NCBI GenBank assembly: GCA_051362555.1
Contig: CM120641.1
Span: forward strand, 24,000,401-24,064,400
Length of the DNA stretch: 64,000 nucleotides
Origin: Lingula anatina
Lineage: Eukaryota; Animalia; Brachiopoda
Reading direction: 5' to 3'
Below are positions 39,510-50,300 of this stretch, one piece after another. The notes beneath the pieces are model-generated. The model was not told the origin of the DNA. It did not search any database and worked only from the letters and a program-made list of their open reading frames with translations. Position 1 is the stretch's first letter; every line of letters starts with the position of its first letter. A program made the position numbers and the translations under genes.

Positions 39510-41474
39510 CATGCATAGCATAATCTCACATCTTTATAACTTGCAGAACTCCAGACATGTCTGTTGTGATCATTTTGTTTGACAGTTTTAGTGGATATGC
39601 TTAACGTCAAATTGCTTGTCAGCCCACGCTTGTTTTTTTTTTTTACTGCTGATCCTGAAGTTATTTCTTTTTTTTTATGTAACTTTAATTTGTAAAAAAA
39701 GTACCTATTAGTAACATGCACAGCAAGAGTAGGTGAAAAGGGACATGTATTGTAAAAAGTGATGTTTTTCAGAACCTTAAACATTGCCATATAAAGTTGG
39801 GCAGGTTTAGTGATTCAAGGCTTAATTGTATCACTTACAGTACTACTATGAGGGCATTACTGCATATTTTCTTATTACATATATTATTACATATTACAAA
39901 TTCAGTGATTTCATGTTAAAGAACAAATAAATTAACATCTATTTAGCTTTATTCATTTAGCTTAAATGAATAAAGAAATTGAGTAACCTAGGCATATCTT
40001 AGTCATACTTAAGAGAGGTCTGCAGTTAATCAGCAGTCTTAACCCCACACTTGACTTTAGTGCTGCCGTGGCAACATAGCTGCACTGGTGAAAGAACATA
40101 ACTCTTAATTCAATGTTTATAACTGTTATTTTGCTGTTCGTATTTTGCAGTTTGAGCTTTGAAAGCAGCTGCCACTTTATTTCAAACCACTTTGATAAAA
40201 TGCATGTGTGTACTCCTCATCAGGATTTTAACCAAAACATCAGTTAAAAATTGCAAACCAGTTCATGTAAAAGAAGCTGAATGTTTAAAAAATGTGTTGG
40301 TCATTAAGGAAGTCGAACATTTCGTGTGCCCTTTGGTAACCATCAACTTAAGGAGGGTTGACATGATGGGACAAAAAGCACTGAGAGGGTCTGAAAAGAA
40401 TTTCATTAAACTGAATTTGAACAGTGTGATTTTTGTAAGAAAAAAAAAAATAATAATGCATGATCAAGTGTCTAAAAAGACATTTGTAGGTTTTATTTTG
40501 TTCTTTAGTAAAAATAAATATTTTTTGTAAAATTAATCGACAATGTCCTGAAAAAGCATGGTTCTCACATCTGACTGTTTTGTAAAGGATAAGTAAATAC
40601 CTGCAGATAGATCACACTGCAGTATTATGGGTGGTCTGACTGAACTGAAATATATTTACCACATTTTGTACTGCTTTCATCTTTCAGTATTGAAAGCGTG
40701 AAAAGATTTGGACTAACTTTGTAGAGTGTTAGGTTTGCTCTCAGCTGTATTTTATTTGTTACCATGTGTGTATTATATGTAGAGAGGGTTTGTTCCAGTT
40801 TATTCAGTACATTTAGGGCTAGGTGGCAAAGAAGTCGGTCGAGTCAGGCAAATGAAAATGCCCATTTGCTGGAAAGTTAAGACTCCATTGTTCAAGTGGA
40901 AGATTTATAGAATATAGCTCTTTAAATGAAATTTGATATGCTGAAAAAGCCTCTTTTCCTAGTATATGAACTGATTGACTTAATTGAGACATGCCACTCC
41001 AAAAAATGCTTGTTTGTTTACCCAGAAATGCCGTCACTTACAAAATATTCTGTCCATAAAATACCTTTATATTGTTTATATTATTTATGACTTGATATTT
41101 GGCTTTTTCTTTTGTTTTGGTTTCATTCACATCATCAGGAAAAGAAACAAACAGGGAAATATTTCATCATAAACATTTGTCTTATACTTTATTAAGTTTG
41201 CTTTTTCCACAAGTGACAATGAAATGTTAACTTAAACAGGCAATCTGAAATTAATGGTGGGTATTATTTTGATCTATTTGCAGGTGGTTGTAGTCATGAA
41301 ATAGTGACTCCAGAAGGGGAGATCACAAGCCCTGACTGGCCCAGTCACTACCCTGCCCGCAAGAACTGTGTGTGGCACTTCACCACCAAGCCTGGACATA
41401 GAGTAAAGCTGGTCAGTTGATTCCGCACATCATTTGATGATAATAATAATAACAACAACAACAACAACAACAAC

Positions 41475-41507
<33 letters not shown>

Positions 41508-44016
41508 TTATTCAGCTTTAATGTTATATGTTAATTGTTGACTGTCTGTGCAAAAATTCCAATACTACGTTTGTTTACATAAAAATATGGCAAATGCATA
41601 ATTACGTAAAGATGTAAGGGCAATATCTTTTATCTTAATCTTAGCTCTTATGAGCAAATTAAGCAAGATTATGATATTTTTTTTATTAAACAGGAACAGG
41701 TTGTGGTAACTTGCCTTTTGTGGCATAATCTTGGTTGTTTTATTGATTTTTATGATCTGTGTGCAGTGCAAAATTTTTGTATAGTCTTAAGATATTCTAG
41801 TTTAAGTGTTAAGTTACCATTTTAAATTAAATGCTCTTTGATCTTGTGTTCATTGTTGTCTTTCTTTTTATTTCACAAAAGGACAATGATACTTTACAAC
41901 ACCCCTAAATATTGAAATCAGATAGGTATTTTACCTGACGTATCTTAATTCCAAACATTGTGTTTAATTTCTTTATTTCTATTTTTCAGACATTTGTGGA
42001 ATTTCAGTTGGAGCCTCATCAGGAATGCACATACGATCACATAGAGCTGTTTGATGGAGATGATGACAAAGCTCGCAGTTTGGGGAGATATTGTGGACAC
42101 AACAACCCTGAGCCTGTCGTGTCCAGCAGTAATCGTATCTTCATGGTGTTCTTCTCTGACGCCTCGGTACAGAGGCAAGGGTTCAAAGTGGCTCACACAA
42201 CAGGTGAACTCAAACATTACCATGATGAATTTATGGAAACAAAAACACAATTTCTCACCACAAGTGCATGTGCTTTTGGGTGTTGTAAATTACCTCTGCT
42301 CTTGGAGATTTAAAGTTCTAAAAGATTTGTGGTAATTAAAGAGAGTTTTTTTTCAAAAGATCTGCTATGAATGCGTGTTTTCAACTAACAGTTTGATAGA
42401 AATATATACTGTAAAAGATTTTTACTACAGGAAATGTCTAAAAAATAAGCAGAATTTGAGGTTGGAAAGAAAATTTTCTCTGAAACTCTGTATGGATGGA
42501 TATTTGTAACAGCTGTTTTTAAACAGGGATTCCATTAAATTGTAGCCTGAAAGCTAGAAAAACATTACGTGGAAATAAATGACAACCCAATTTTTTTGCT
42601 TTAGCCAAATCGTTACCCTCAATAAATTGTAAAAGGGTATGAAATAATGAGCCATTTTTGATTTCAGTCCATTTGTATCAGTTTATGTTTTGGCAGAGTA
42701 AATTATGTTGAACATTTGGCTTAGTGTTCTAATATTGTGCTCTCCTTTACCTAGACACAGTGTTTTTTTCGTGGATGATAATGTTTGAAGTTCTCACTAT
42801 GATTGAATATTGAACAGCTGAAGTACAATCCGATGTGTTTTACTGTATTAATCCATTATTCTTTTTCCTCCACAGTGTGTGGTGGCCGTCTTCTTGCCAC
42901 ATCTAAGGAGCACAACCTGTACTCTCACGCCAAACATGGCGATGTGAACTACAACAACAAAGCAGACTGTGATTGGGTAATACAGGCCAAGGAAGGGTAC
43001 AGGGTACGCCTCAGATTTCTAACATTTGAAGTCGAGGAAGAATCTGACTGCGGGTGAGTCAATGTATCAACCAAGCATGCCTCATTTTTTGCGGTAATGG
43101 TTTAAAAGTTTTTGCACTTTTAGATTTTCTCAGTGAAGTTTAGAAACGATAACCATGTTACAACATGTTACAACTGAAGAATCAAGACATTTTACATTTC
43201 TACATAAAGTAAAACTGCAAGTTATGTCAAAAAAAGATTAAAATGAAAATTAAGAGTGGTGATTTACAATTCACACGGTTCTTTGTTTGCAATTACATGT
43301 TATTATATCAGTGCTATTTTCATGATTTTCAATACATCAGTCCAAGTAGCTCTTTGAAGCATTAAATTAGTTTTCCCTTCTCATACAGTTATGACCATGT
43401 GGAACTATTTGATGGTGAGGAGACTTCTGAGGTGAATAGAGTTGGAAAGTACTGTGGCAATGAGGTAGGTTTACCAGCCATCTAAAGGCTTTTTTAAAGG
43501 AAAAACAGACAAGTATATTCTACCATATTATGAAAAAAGAAGAAAAAAGGAGAAAATTTAAGTGTGTTCATTATTGTAAAGCAATTTAAATAATCAAGCA
43601 ACCTAATAAAGCTACATGTTTTAAGTGAAATGTTTTTGGGTAGTTTTCAGAGAATTATGATGAGGGGTTGGACTCCATTCATTGCTTCTGGAAAGATCAC
43701 TCTCTCTCTCCAGCTTTAAAGTAGAATGGTTTGAGCATAATGTTGCATGTTACTTTATTTCCTTTCTGTTTTTTTTTCTCAGCTTCCTCCAGAGTACATA
43801 TCAACAGGGGAATATTTAACTCTACGCTTCCGGTCAGACGACACAATTAATTGGAAGGGTTTCTCTGCAACTTACTTAATGGCTAGTCCTGAGGAAAGGG
43901 TAGAGCCCTCCGTCCCTAAAGTCATACCAACAGAGAAAGAGAAGAATAAACTCCCCACTGCAATGATCAATCACAGAGAAGGGTCACAATCTAAGAAATC
44001 TCAAAGCATTGTCTAA
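17614..44016 (+). CDS. BMP1: BMP1/tolloid-like zinc metalloproteinase (astacin M12A), full 19-exon gene, ~1057 aa
   Basis: join(17614..17761,19320..19557,20372..20505,21265..21385,22618..22796,24398..24631,25982..26215,26711..26830,27872..28017,28981..29176,32818..32940,34624..34784,36982..37165,38787..38912,41284..41411,41990..42203,42876..43053,43389..43464,43783..44016) = 3174 nt in one open frame, all introns GT-AG. Motifs: [14 protein letters not shown] prodomain, KR|[10 protein letters not shown] mature start, [13 protein letters not shown] zinc site, SIMHY Met-turn, 5 CUB + 2 EGF domains. Probably co-orthologous to vertebrate BMP1/TLL1/TLL2. Confidence 0.95.
18490..19007. mobile_element. 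Non-autonomous DNA transposon (MITE, 518 bp) with ~180-bp TIRs in tolloid intron 1; PIF/Harbinger-like termini
   Basis: AGGCTCCGTTCACATGGAAAATCTATTTTCTAAA... at the left and ...TTTAGAAAATAGATTTTCCATGTGAACGGAGCCT at the right; the arms pair with few mismatches. TA flanks both ends (18488-89, 19008-09). The superfamily is an inference. Confidence 0.88.
19320..19557 (+). CDS. BMP1: Tolloid exon 2: prodomain
   Basis: Acceptor TTTCCAG|; [13 protein letters not shown]...RRQRNHRK; donor AG|GTAGGG. Confidence 0.85.
20372..20505 (+). CDS. BMP1: Tolloid exon 3: convertase site and start of astacin domain
   Basis: ...[30 protein letters not shown]; donor GTATGT. An in-frame alternative acceptor at 20377 is possible. 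Confidence 0.88.
21265..21385 (+). CDS. BMP1: Tolloid exon 4: astacin domain
   Basis: [40 protein letters not shown]. Confidence 0.93.
22618..22796 (+). CDS. BMP1: Tolloid exon 5: catalytic zinc-binding motif
   Basis: [47 protein letters not shown]. Confidence 0.96.
24398..24631 (+). CDS. BMP1: Tolloid exon 6: astacin C-terminal part with Met-turn
   Basis: GQEYNFNKL...[17 protein letters not shown]...[23 protein letters not shown]. Confidence 0.95.
25982..26215 (+). CDS. BMP1: Tolloid exon 7: CUB1, first part
   Basis: [15 protein letters not shown]...[18 protein letters not shown]...[15 protein letters not shown]. Confidence 0.92.
26542..26696. repeat. Poly-C tract (26542-26575) and (TTTA)n microsatellite (26649-26696) in tolloid intron 7
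   Basis: Read directly from the sequence. Confidence 0.9.
26711..26830 (+). CDS. BMP1: Tolloid exon 8: CUB1, second part
   Basis: [23 protein letters not shown]...GFTAQYE. Confidence 0.92.
27872..28017 (+). CDS. BMP1: Tolloid exon 9: CUB2, first part
   Basis: [49 protein letters not shown]. Confidence 0.92.
28981..29176 (+). CDS. BMP1: Tolloid exon 10: CUB2, second part
   Basis: [65 protein letters not shown]. Confidence 0.93.
29333..29394. repeat. GC-rich 9-bp tandem repeat (TCCGCCGGC) x ~7 inside the HINE
   Basis: Read directly; it produces the spurious [11 protein letters not shown]. Confidence 0.9.
30295..32010. repeat. 146-bp tandem array, ~11.7 copies, internal to the HINE
   Basis: ATCTCCAAA recurs at 30301, 30447, 30593, 30739, 30885, 31031, 31177, 31323, 31469, 31615 and 31761, with a degenerate copy near 31907. 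Confidence 0.96.
32654..32750 (+). mobile_element. Decayed L2/CR1-clade LINE reverse-transcriptase C-terminal remnant
   Basis: Translates in broken frames as LWNDLPLA...FKQ..LKSYLFK, resembling the LWNxLPxxxR...FKxxLKTxLF tail of L2/CR1 ORF2. Confidence 0.4.
32818..32940 (+). CDS. BMP1: Tolloid exon 11: calcium-binding EGF1
   Basis: [41 protein letters not shown]. Confidence 0.93.
34624..34784 (+). CDS. BMP1: Tolloid exon 12: CUB3, first part
   Basis: [54 protein letters not shown]. Confidence 0.93.
36391..36614 (-). mobile_element. Short decayed HINE/Helentron-like element (second family) in tolloid intron 12
   Basis: On the minus strand it starts TTATTACCTCTGCAAAGGAGGCTATGTTTT (subTIR plus inverted partner) and ends TGGCAGAGGTTGGGGCTCTCTGAAAGCCTTCTTAGT (matching subTIR and a CTAG-like end). 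The layout matches the element at 29274, but the sequence is unrelated. Confidence 0.45.
36982..37165 (+). CDS. BMP1: Tolloid exon 13: CUB3, second part
   Basis: [13 protein letters not shown]...GVFCGSTLP...[22 protein letters not shown]. Confidence 0.93.
37342..37585. repeat. Degenerate minisatellite, 3 copies of ~80-88 bp, in tolloid intron 13
   Basis: TCTGGWATTTGTCAMCTGC...CCTGTGTGAGGC...GGACATGCCT...TTGAGG at 37342, 37422 and 37510. Confidence 0.8.
38675..38736. repeat. (AT)n microsatellite
   Basis: Read directly from the sequence. Confidence 0.95.
38787..38912 (+). CDS. BMP1: Tolloid exon 14: calcium-binding EGF2
   Basis: [42 protein letters not shown]. Confidence 0.93.
39405..39509. 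repeat. (AG)n microsatellite, interrupted
   Basis: Read directly from the sequence. Confidence 0.95.
41284..41411 (+). CDS. BMP1: Tolloid exon 15: CUB4, first part
   Basis: [43 protein letters not shown]. Confidence 0.92.
41439..41507. repeat. Compound (AAT)n(AAC)n(AAT)n microsatellite
   Basis: Read directly from the sequence. Confidence 0.9.
41990..42203 (+). CDS. BMP1: Tolloid exon 16: CUB4, second part
   Basis: [23 protein letters not shown]...LGRYCG...[18 protein letters not shown]. Confidence 0.93.
42876..43053 (+). CDS. BMP1: Tolloid exon 17: CUB5, first part
   Basis: VCGGRLLAT...[46 protein letters not shown]. Confidence 0.93.
43389..43464 (+). CDS. BMP1: Tolloid exon 18: CUB5, middle part
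   Basis: [25 protein letters not shown]. Confidence 0.9.
43783..44016 (+). CDS. BMP1: Tolloid exon 19: end of CUB5, C-terminal tail and stop codon
   Basis: [31 protein letters not shown]...SQSIV*. Confidence 0.9.
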   Translation, partial: LPPEYISTGEYLTLRFRSDDTINWKGFSATYLMASPEERVEPSVPKVIPTEKEKNKLPTAMINHREGSQSKKSQSIV

Positions 44017-44319
44017 GGAGGAAAACATTTATAATAGCTTTGGAATCGGATAGTTGAATTAATATGTTAAAATCTGCGAAGAAGTCAACCCTCCTCACTC
44101 TACAGTGCCATGCTATGTGTCAGTTTGAGCATCAGAGATAGAGATGAGCTAGAATATGTAAATATTCAAAAGTATGCTCAGGACATTGAAGTGATTTAAA
44201 CCATGTTATTTGGTAAGAATATATGTAATAGTTTTTGATGGATTAGATTTTCCTGGTTAACAAAATTTTGCTCTTTTCGTGGAAAAGTCAAATACATTTC
44301 TGAAAAAGTCTAAGAGGGT

Positions 44320-44323
<4 letters not shown>

Positions 44324-44371
<48 letters not shown>
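44324..44371. repeat. Poly-T tract (~48 nt) downstream of the tolloid stop codon
   Basis: Read directly from the sequence. Confidence 0.9.
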
Positions 44372-44375
<4 letters not shown>

Positions 44376-44474
44376 GGATTGATTTTTAGTAGTGTAAATT
44401 TTAAATGGTTTCCAATGAGAGTTTATGATTAAAATATTGTAGTCATTTTAATGATTTTAGTATATTAGCCATTA

Positions 44475-44541
44475 TTGTAAGGCGCCTTGAGATAGAATGT
44501 AAGGCGCCATATAAGAATCTTATTATTATTATTATTATTAT
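44475..44541 (+). mobile_element. 3' tail of an L2/CR1-type LINE or its partner SINE, 5'-truncated
   Basis: TTGTAAGGCGCCTTGAG...TAAGGCGCCATATAAGAATC(TTA)n resembles the TGTAAAGCGC-TTGAG...AAGCGCTATATAA-(TTA)n 3' stem-loop/microsatellite end of L2-clade elements. Confidence 0.55.
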
Positions 44542-47252
44542 CAGAATTTGGTAGGGTGTCTACAAATCTTGCTGCTCTTCAAATTCAAGTTAGCTTTTCA
44601 TAATTTTCACTAGCAAAATATGTCCCTATTCCAGAACAAATCAGATCCTATTGTGCCATTGTTATTATTGTGTGGACTGATATTTGTACCAGTGATATGA
44701 CTTGACTGCATAAGAATATTCTATTTTATCCGTTACCAAGCCACAGCAATATTGTCAGTATTATTACATTTAGTTCTCTGTACTAGTAAGGTGTTTTTAA
44801 ATTGATATTTGACAGTAGGATTTAATCTCTTTTTAACTCAGGCCTTTGAGCCTTTTACATTTGCTTCTGTGGCACAGCTTGGATCAACCATCATCATGTG
44901 TGAGTGTGTGAATTGTACATTTTAGTTTGTAAATGGTCCAGTGAAATGTTAACTGCAATTGTTTATATAAATACTTATACACCACAAACATGTATGTAAT
45001 TTACGCAGATTTACATTAGGTAGCCTTTCTGCAAATGTTGTAAATAGTTACATTATTATATGGATAGTGACATAAGTGAACATCTAGTGATCTTTACAAC
45101 TTTTAGTTAATTCAGACCCTCTTCTTTGCCTTTCCTACCATTTCTCCATTGGAGGATCTGAAGAGGACTTCATATCAGATTCTCCAAAACTGGACTTGTT
45201 TGAAATGATGCCATTTCTCTGAAAGTGACATCTTGTCAGAAATCTAACCATCTTTCCAAAATTAAAGTCTTGTTGGAGTTGCTACCATGCCTCTAAAACC
45301 ATACTTGTTCAACAATACTAAATTACAAATGCTGATGCAGGCAATACTGATATTTGAAAGAGACGGTTTCATTCCCAAATTTACTAAAGAGCTGGTAGGA
45401 GAGGAAAAGAGAGTCTTGATTGTTTCAGATAATATGTTTGAACTCACTGTGTGAGTGTTACATTGTATACTTAAGGGAGTCATTTAAGACAAATATCTGA
45501 ATAACACCTTAGGATCTCAGAGCAGAGCAGCTGAAGTCTGCCTGACAAATTCAAATGGCAATCTAGGCTCACCTCACTATGTAAAATTTCTACAAAATAC
45601 AACACAATAAATTATCAATTTCATTTTCTTGTCAAGACGATTTTACCATGTTAAAAATTCAAGAGTTGTAGGATATTTTGTTTTATGAGCATGTTCAGAT
45701 TATTCAGAGAAAGTATTGAACAGCATTTTCCTACATCAAAGTTGGCACTTAGCTGTCATGCTACAAAATAATGACGCAGACACATCAGTCAGATCAAAGA
45801 CACTTTCACTTGTTATTATATGATATTTCCTTTCATTAAGTAGGGCACTTTTAGCCGAGCAATTATGATCATGTGCTTCAGAGTGACCTGGTGCATTTCC
45901 CGAGCAGGCCACATTTTCCAGGGCAACTTCTTCACTGGTACAAGAGCAGGTTTGTCAGAACCTTAATGACAATTTCCTGCTTCCCACATTCAAAGCTGCC
46001 CTTGTCATCACCTTTGTTTGTCCTGAGAGTGGGGATCTACCATTATTCTGGGGGATCTTTTCTGCTTTAGGAGGTAAATAACATTTTACCAGATGTCTGC
46101 TCTTGTAAAATATCTAACACGCATATTTGTTAAAGGATCTTTGTACACACGTTTGCATGATCACAACAGTAGAGCATTTCAGCACTTAACACGAGATCCC
46201 TTGTTACACCAATCACAACATTCCATCAATGGGTTTTGTTACAAGAAAACACTTCAGTCTTTTGGAGGTTTCACATGTAATGTAGGACAGATGGCATTCA
46301 CACAAAGGTCAAAATTATATGAATACTCGGTCATCAAATACGCAAAACATCTCTTTCATAATATTAAATGTATTTAATACCACTGAATACAAAAGTTATA
46401 TTCAGACAATACAGCTATCACCTGATAATATATAAGTATGTCTATGCATTTTCTCCAGACTGCAGATAATCACTCTCTAGTGAAAGAAGTCGGGGGAATG
46501 TTAACAAGTCCAATGTCTAATGCAACAGGCGATGGATATCACAATCATTTCAAGTCACTGACATTTACTAGATCTGCCTTTTGCTTTATCATTAGGCAAA
46601 GCATTTCTATTATCAGTTTTAAAACATACATTCACAAGAACTACAGAAAATAATGATAATAACATACTAGATGTACACATTCCCCTTTGAACACCTATTT
46701 ACAAATACTTGTTTTTTTATTGTGGACAGAACTCTCTTTGTTCCAGAGATAGAAATATAAAGCATGGCTTGTTTTTCTCCAGACAAGGTAGGACCTAATT
46801 ATTGCACCAGAGCTGGCACACAAGCTACATACTAAGCCATCCATTCTCTCCAACATTTCCTCACAGATTCCCAGTTGTCTGTTTATGAGCAGAATTTCAT
46901 CCCCTTACCCTCCACCTAGAGTGTTGGATGCAGCAAGATACCGACAGCCACAGGAACCATTGTTTTATGAAACCCTGGGATGCTGACAGCTACTTTGTAA
47001 ATCACTCCCAGCAAATTCAGAGTCAGAATGCTGACAGCCTCCCAGGGGCCATTATAGTCAGTATCAGTATCTCAGCATCTTGCTGTGAAGTAATGTCCTA
47101 ACCTTGAGCAGCTGTGTCTGCCATTGCTAGTAACATCTTTCACCCAAGCACCAGGATTTTCTTCCTCCTCCTCCTCTATTAATATACAATAACCACAGGG
47201 TGTCCCTGCCTTTGGTTGTATAAATATATATAGTTCCTCTGCATAACTGCCC

Positions 47253-47320
47253 TCAGTCAATTTTCACTGTGGAGTAAATCTTCCTGACAAACATACTCGT
47301 TCCAGCATACCCAACTACCC
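47253..47320 (-). CDS. TM9SF3: TM9SF3 exon 15 (last coding exon)
   Basis: [22 protein letters not shown]. Confidence 0.92.
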
Positions 47321-50300
47321 CTGAAAGACAACATGGAAAAGACTAATTGAATATGTCATCATTTTCTAGAGCTATGTTCCTTTACAAATCTGTCAAACGC
47401 TTTCCATCAGGTACCATAAATTCGAGACAAATCAGTCTTCCTACTCTTTAAGCCTTCTATATTTAACTTAAAAGATAAAGTCAACATTATACCATATCAG
47501 AAAAGACCCTTTTTTTTCACTCACCACACATAAGCCCCAGGGTCATGCTAAACAGAGCCATGTAACCAAAGTAAAAGGTGGTTTGGAACAGCCCATACAT
47601 TCTGGAATACAAGTGAATAATTGTTTAACACAAAACACAAATCAATCTTTTTTGGATTTCTGGTACATATCAACATTTTCTGAACTTCAACACAATCACA
47701 TTTAAATACATAAAAGATTAGTAAAAATGTATTGCAAAAGTGCTTTATCAAATATGCTTTAGAAACTCCCATAATCAATCTCATAAAATATCTTAACCCA
47801 CAACAGTACCGATGTGCGTTCACTGCAATAAGCAGTAAGGCTTTTAACATCTATCGACTATTAACTCAAAAACTTTGCTGAAGTCATAAAGATGACAAAA
47901 ATTGATGTCAGTGAAAGTTAATTAACTTATCACAAAAGATAGTGATACACTACTGGATGAATTGGAACATAGACTCTATAAATTGAACTTACTTTGTTTT
48001 GAAGAAGTAATAATAAAAAGAATACATATAAACATATACAGATGTTGATGCAGCTGCTAGGAAACTTGTCCACTGCCTAAAATAGAAGAAATGAAATATA
48101 AAAGTACAAGCGAAAAATTAAATACTTGGTTAAAAACTTAAAAACAAAATTGACATTTATTTTAATTTTTGATAAGTAACAGATTTATAAGTAAAACACA
48201 AAAGAAAAATCCTTAACAAAATGACTGGACAAGAAGTGTCACAGCATCATAGCTGACCACCACTTTCAGACCATTTCTATTTCAGGCCAGACCAAAGGGA
48301 TCTATGGATCTTACCATCTATAATCCTCTGCATTCAGTAAAAAGTATGTACAGACAATGGTCACACAGACTGTCACCACCATTAGGATTAAAAACACCAG
48401 CAACATGAAACCATACACATAGTAGATCTTGTATGCCCAGAATGAAGTGAAAATGAAATACCTGAAAGGATACAAAAAGTTAGCCATGAAATGAAGAAAT
48501 ATACTAACATTAAGTTTACAGGTTATTTTTCCTGGAAAATCAAATTTTAGTTTAATTTACAATGACTGGGTGTCATAAGAGAGAAGGAAAAAACATGCTT
48601 CACATATTTCCATGACCCATTATTAAATATCTCTCTTGCATCTTTCCAATATCTTTAAAAAAAACATTATTTACATTCATAAATGACAGTGACAGTTCCT
48701 CTTTTATACTTACATTTCAATGAAGATAGACCCAAAGGGCAGGACACCTCCTAAGATGACTATCACAGCAGGCTCCATAAACCTGTAAAGAAAAGTTGGG
48801 TACAGTAACATTAAAATGCTGTCATCTGAGATTACATCGGGCAAATGACTTCACAGTTTAAGCTTCTATTCTCAAAATCCTAGCACTAGGTTTTATAAGA
48901 TTTTTTTAATCATCCATTTTATACATCCAGCAACTGTAATTTTCCATCACCATGCTTACATGAAATTACCATGCATCGTCAATCTCAGCTTTCAGAGTTA
49001 TGGCATATTACTACATAAATTTTACTTTCAATTTGTACATCAATTGCACATCTTCTATGAATTTACATGTCATATATTTTCAATTGTACCACAAAACAAA
49101 AATGCCATAATTTATACAACATGATGCACATAGAAGTTATACTTACCATTTCTTCTCTGGTATTGGTCTGGGAACGGCATTAATTCTACATGGGTAGTTA
49201 GGCTGTCCAGACATATTGCGTCCCAACACTGTTCCCACCAGAGTAAGGGGGAGGATGACAAATATACATATACATGTGACGGCAACCTGGAACATACAAA
49301 AAACAGTAATCAAATCTATAGAAAGTAACAGTCAGGATGATTCATCTTTGCACATCATCTCAAAATATTGCTAAAATGCAGCTCAAATTAATTACTAATG
49401 GTATGTTTGCATGATCACTCAGGATTACAATTGCGTTGGAACAAAGTTTCTTCACAGCCATTTGCTCAAAGCGAGCTGGGTGAGTATCATCATTGTGATC
49501 ACAAGCTAGCCCCTGCCCCTCCATATGTTATAATAACAACCACTAAGGCAATATTGTCAGTAAGTGACTAGTGCAACTCACCATGGTTCCAAATGGGATG
49601 GCTCTGGATGCATGGTAGTAGATGGCAATGAAGTTGATGAAGAAGGCAGTACCGCACACCATGAAGGGTAACAAAAATGCACTCAGCAACATCTGCTTGA
49701 TCCAAACTTTGCCTGCAACAAGGGATACAGGAGCATTACTTCATTAGTACATACCACTGAATTTAAAAGCAGCAAAAAATAATCAGCTTATCTTAACAGA
49801 GTCATGAGAACATCTACAGCCAGTTTAAATTGGGCCAAAAATATGCTAGGCAAATTATGTACTGCACTGTGCTGCAGTGTATAAGAACCACTTCACTTCT
49901 CCACTTTTACACACTCTGTTCACAAGTCTTCGCCAAACACCGGACCTTCCTGATACTATCAAAACATTGTTTAATTAGGCTTCCTTACCTCCCATTCTGG
50001 CATACAGACCACCACCAAAGTAGCCGTTGATAGGAGACGTGGCAGCATACACAAATATTGCAGTGCTAAGTAGTGAACCTCGCCTGTAATGATACAAAAT
50101 TGGAATTTAAATGGCTGCATTCGAAGATCATTACTAACCTCATTTTCACTTCAAACTCTAGCATATTTGAAAAATATATTTTGAAGAATTATGTTACTGA
50201 TAATAAATCAGAGATGAAAGTGGACCCTTGAAAAATACTGAAAGCACAAGTTCTGAAGGCATGAAACTATATGTGGGGTGCTCATGGAGCAAATATTTGG

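Noticed and set aside
38618-39790. IYIYIY, ERERER and LSLSLS ORFs
   Set aside because: They are translations of (AT)n and (AG)n microsatellites.
45110-45483. Coding-looking stretch between the tolloid and TM9SF3 stop codons
   Set aside because: Only short frames (<75 aa) with no motif or consistent splice chain; it is probably UTR or intergenic.
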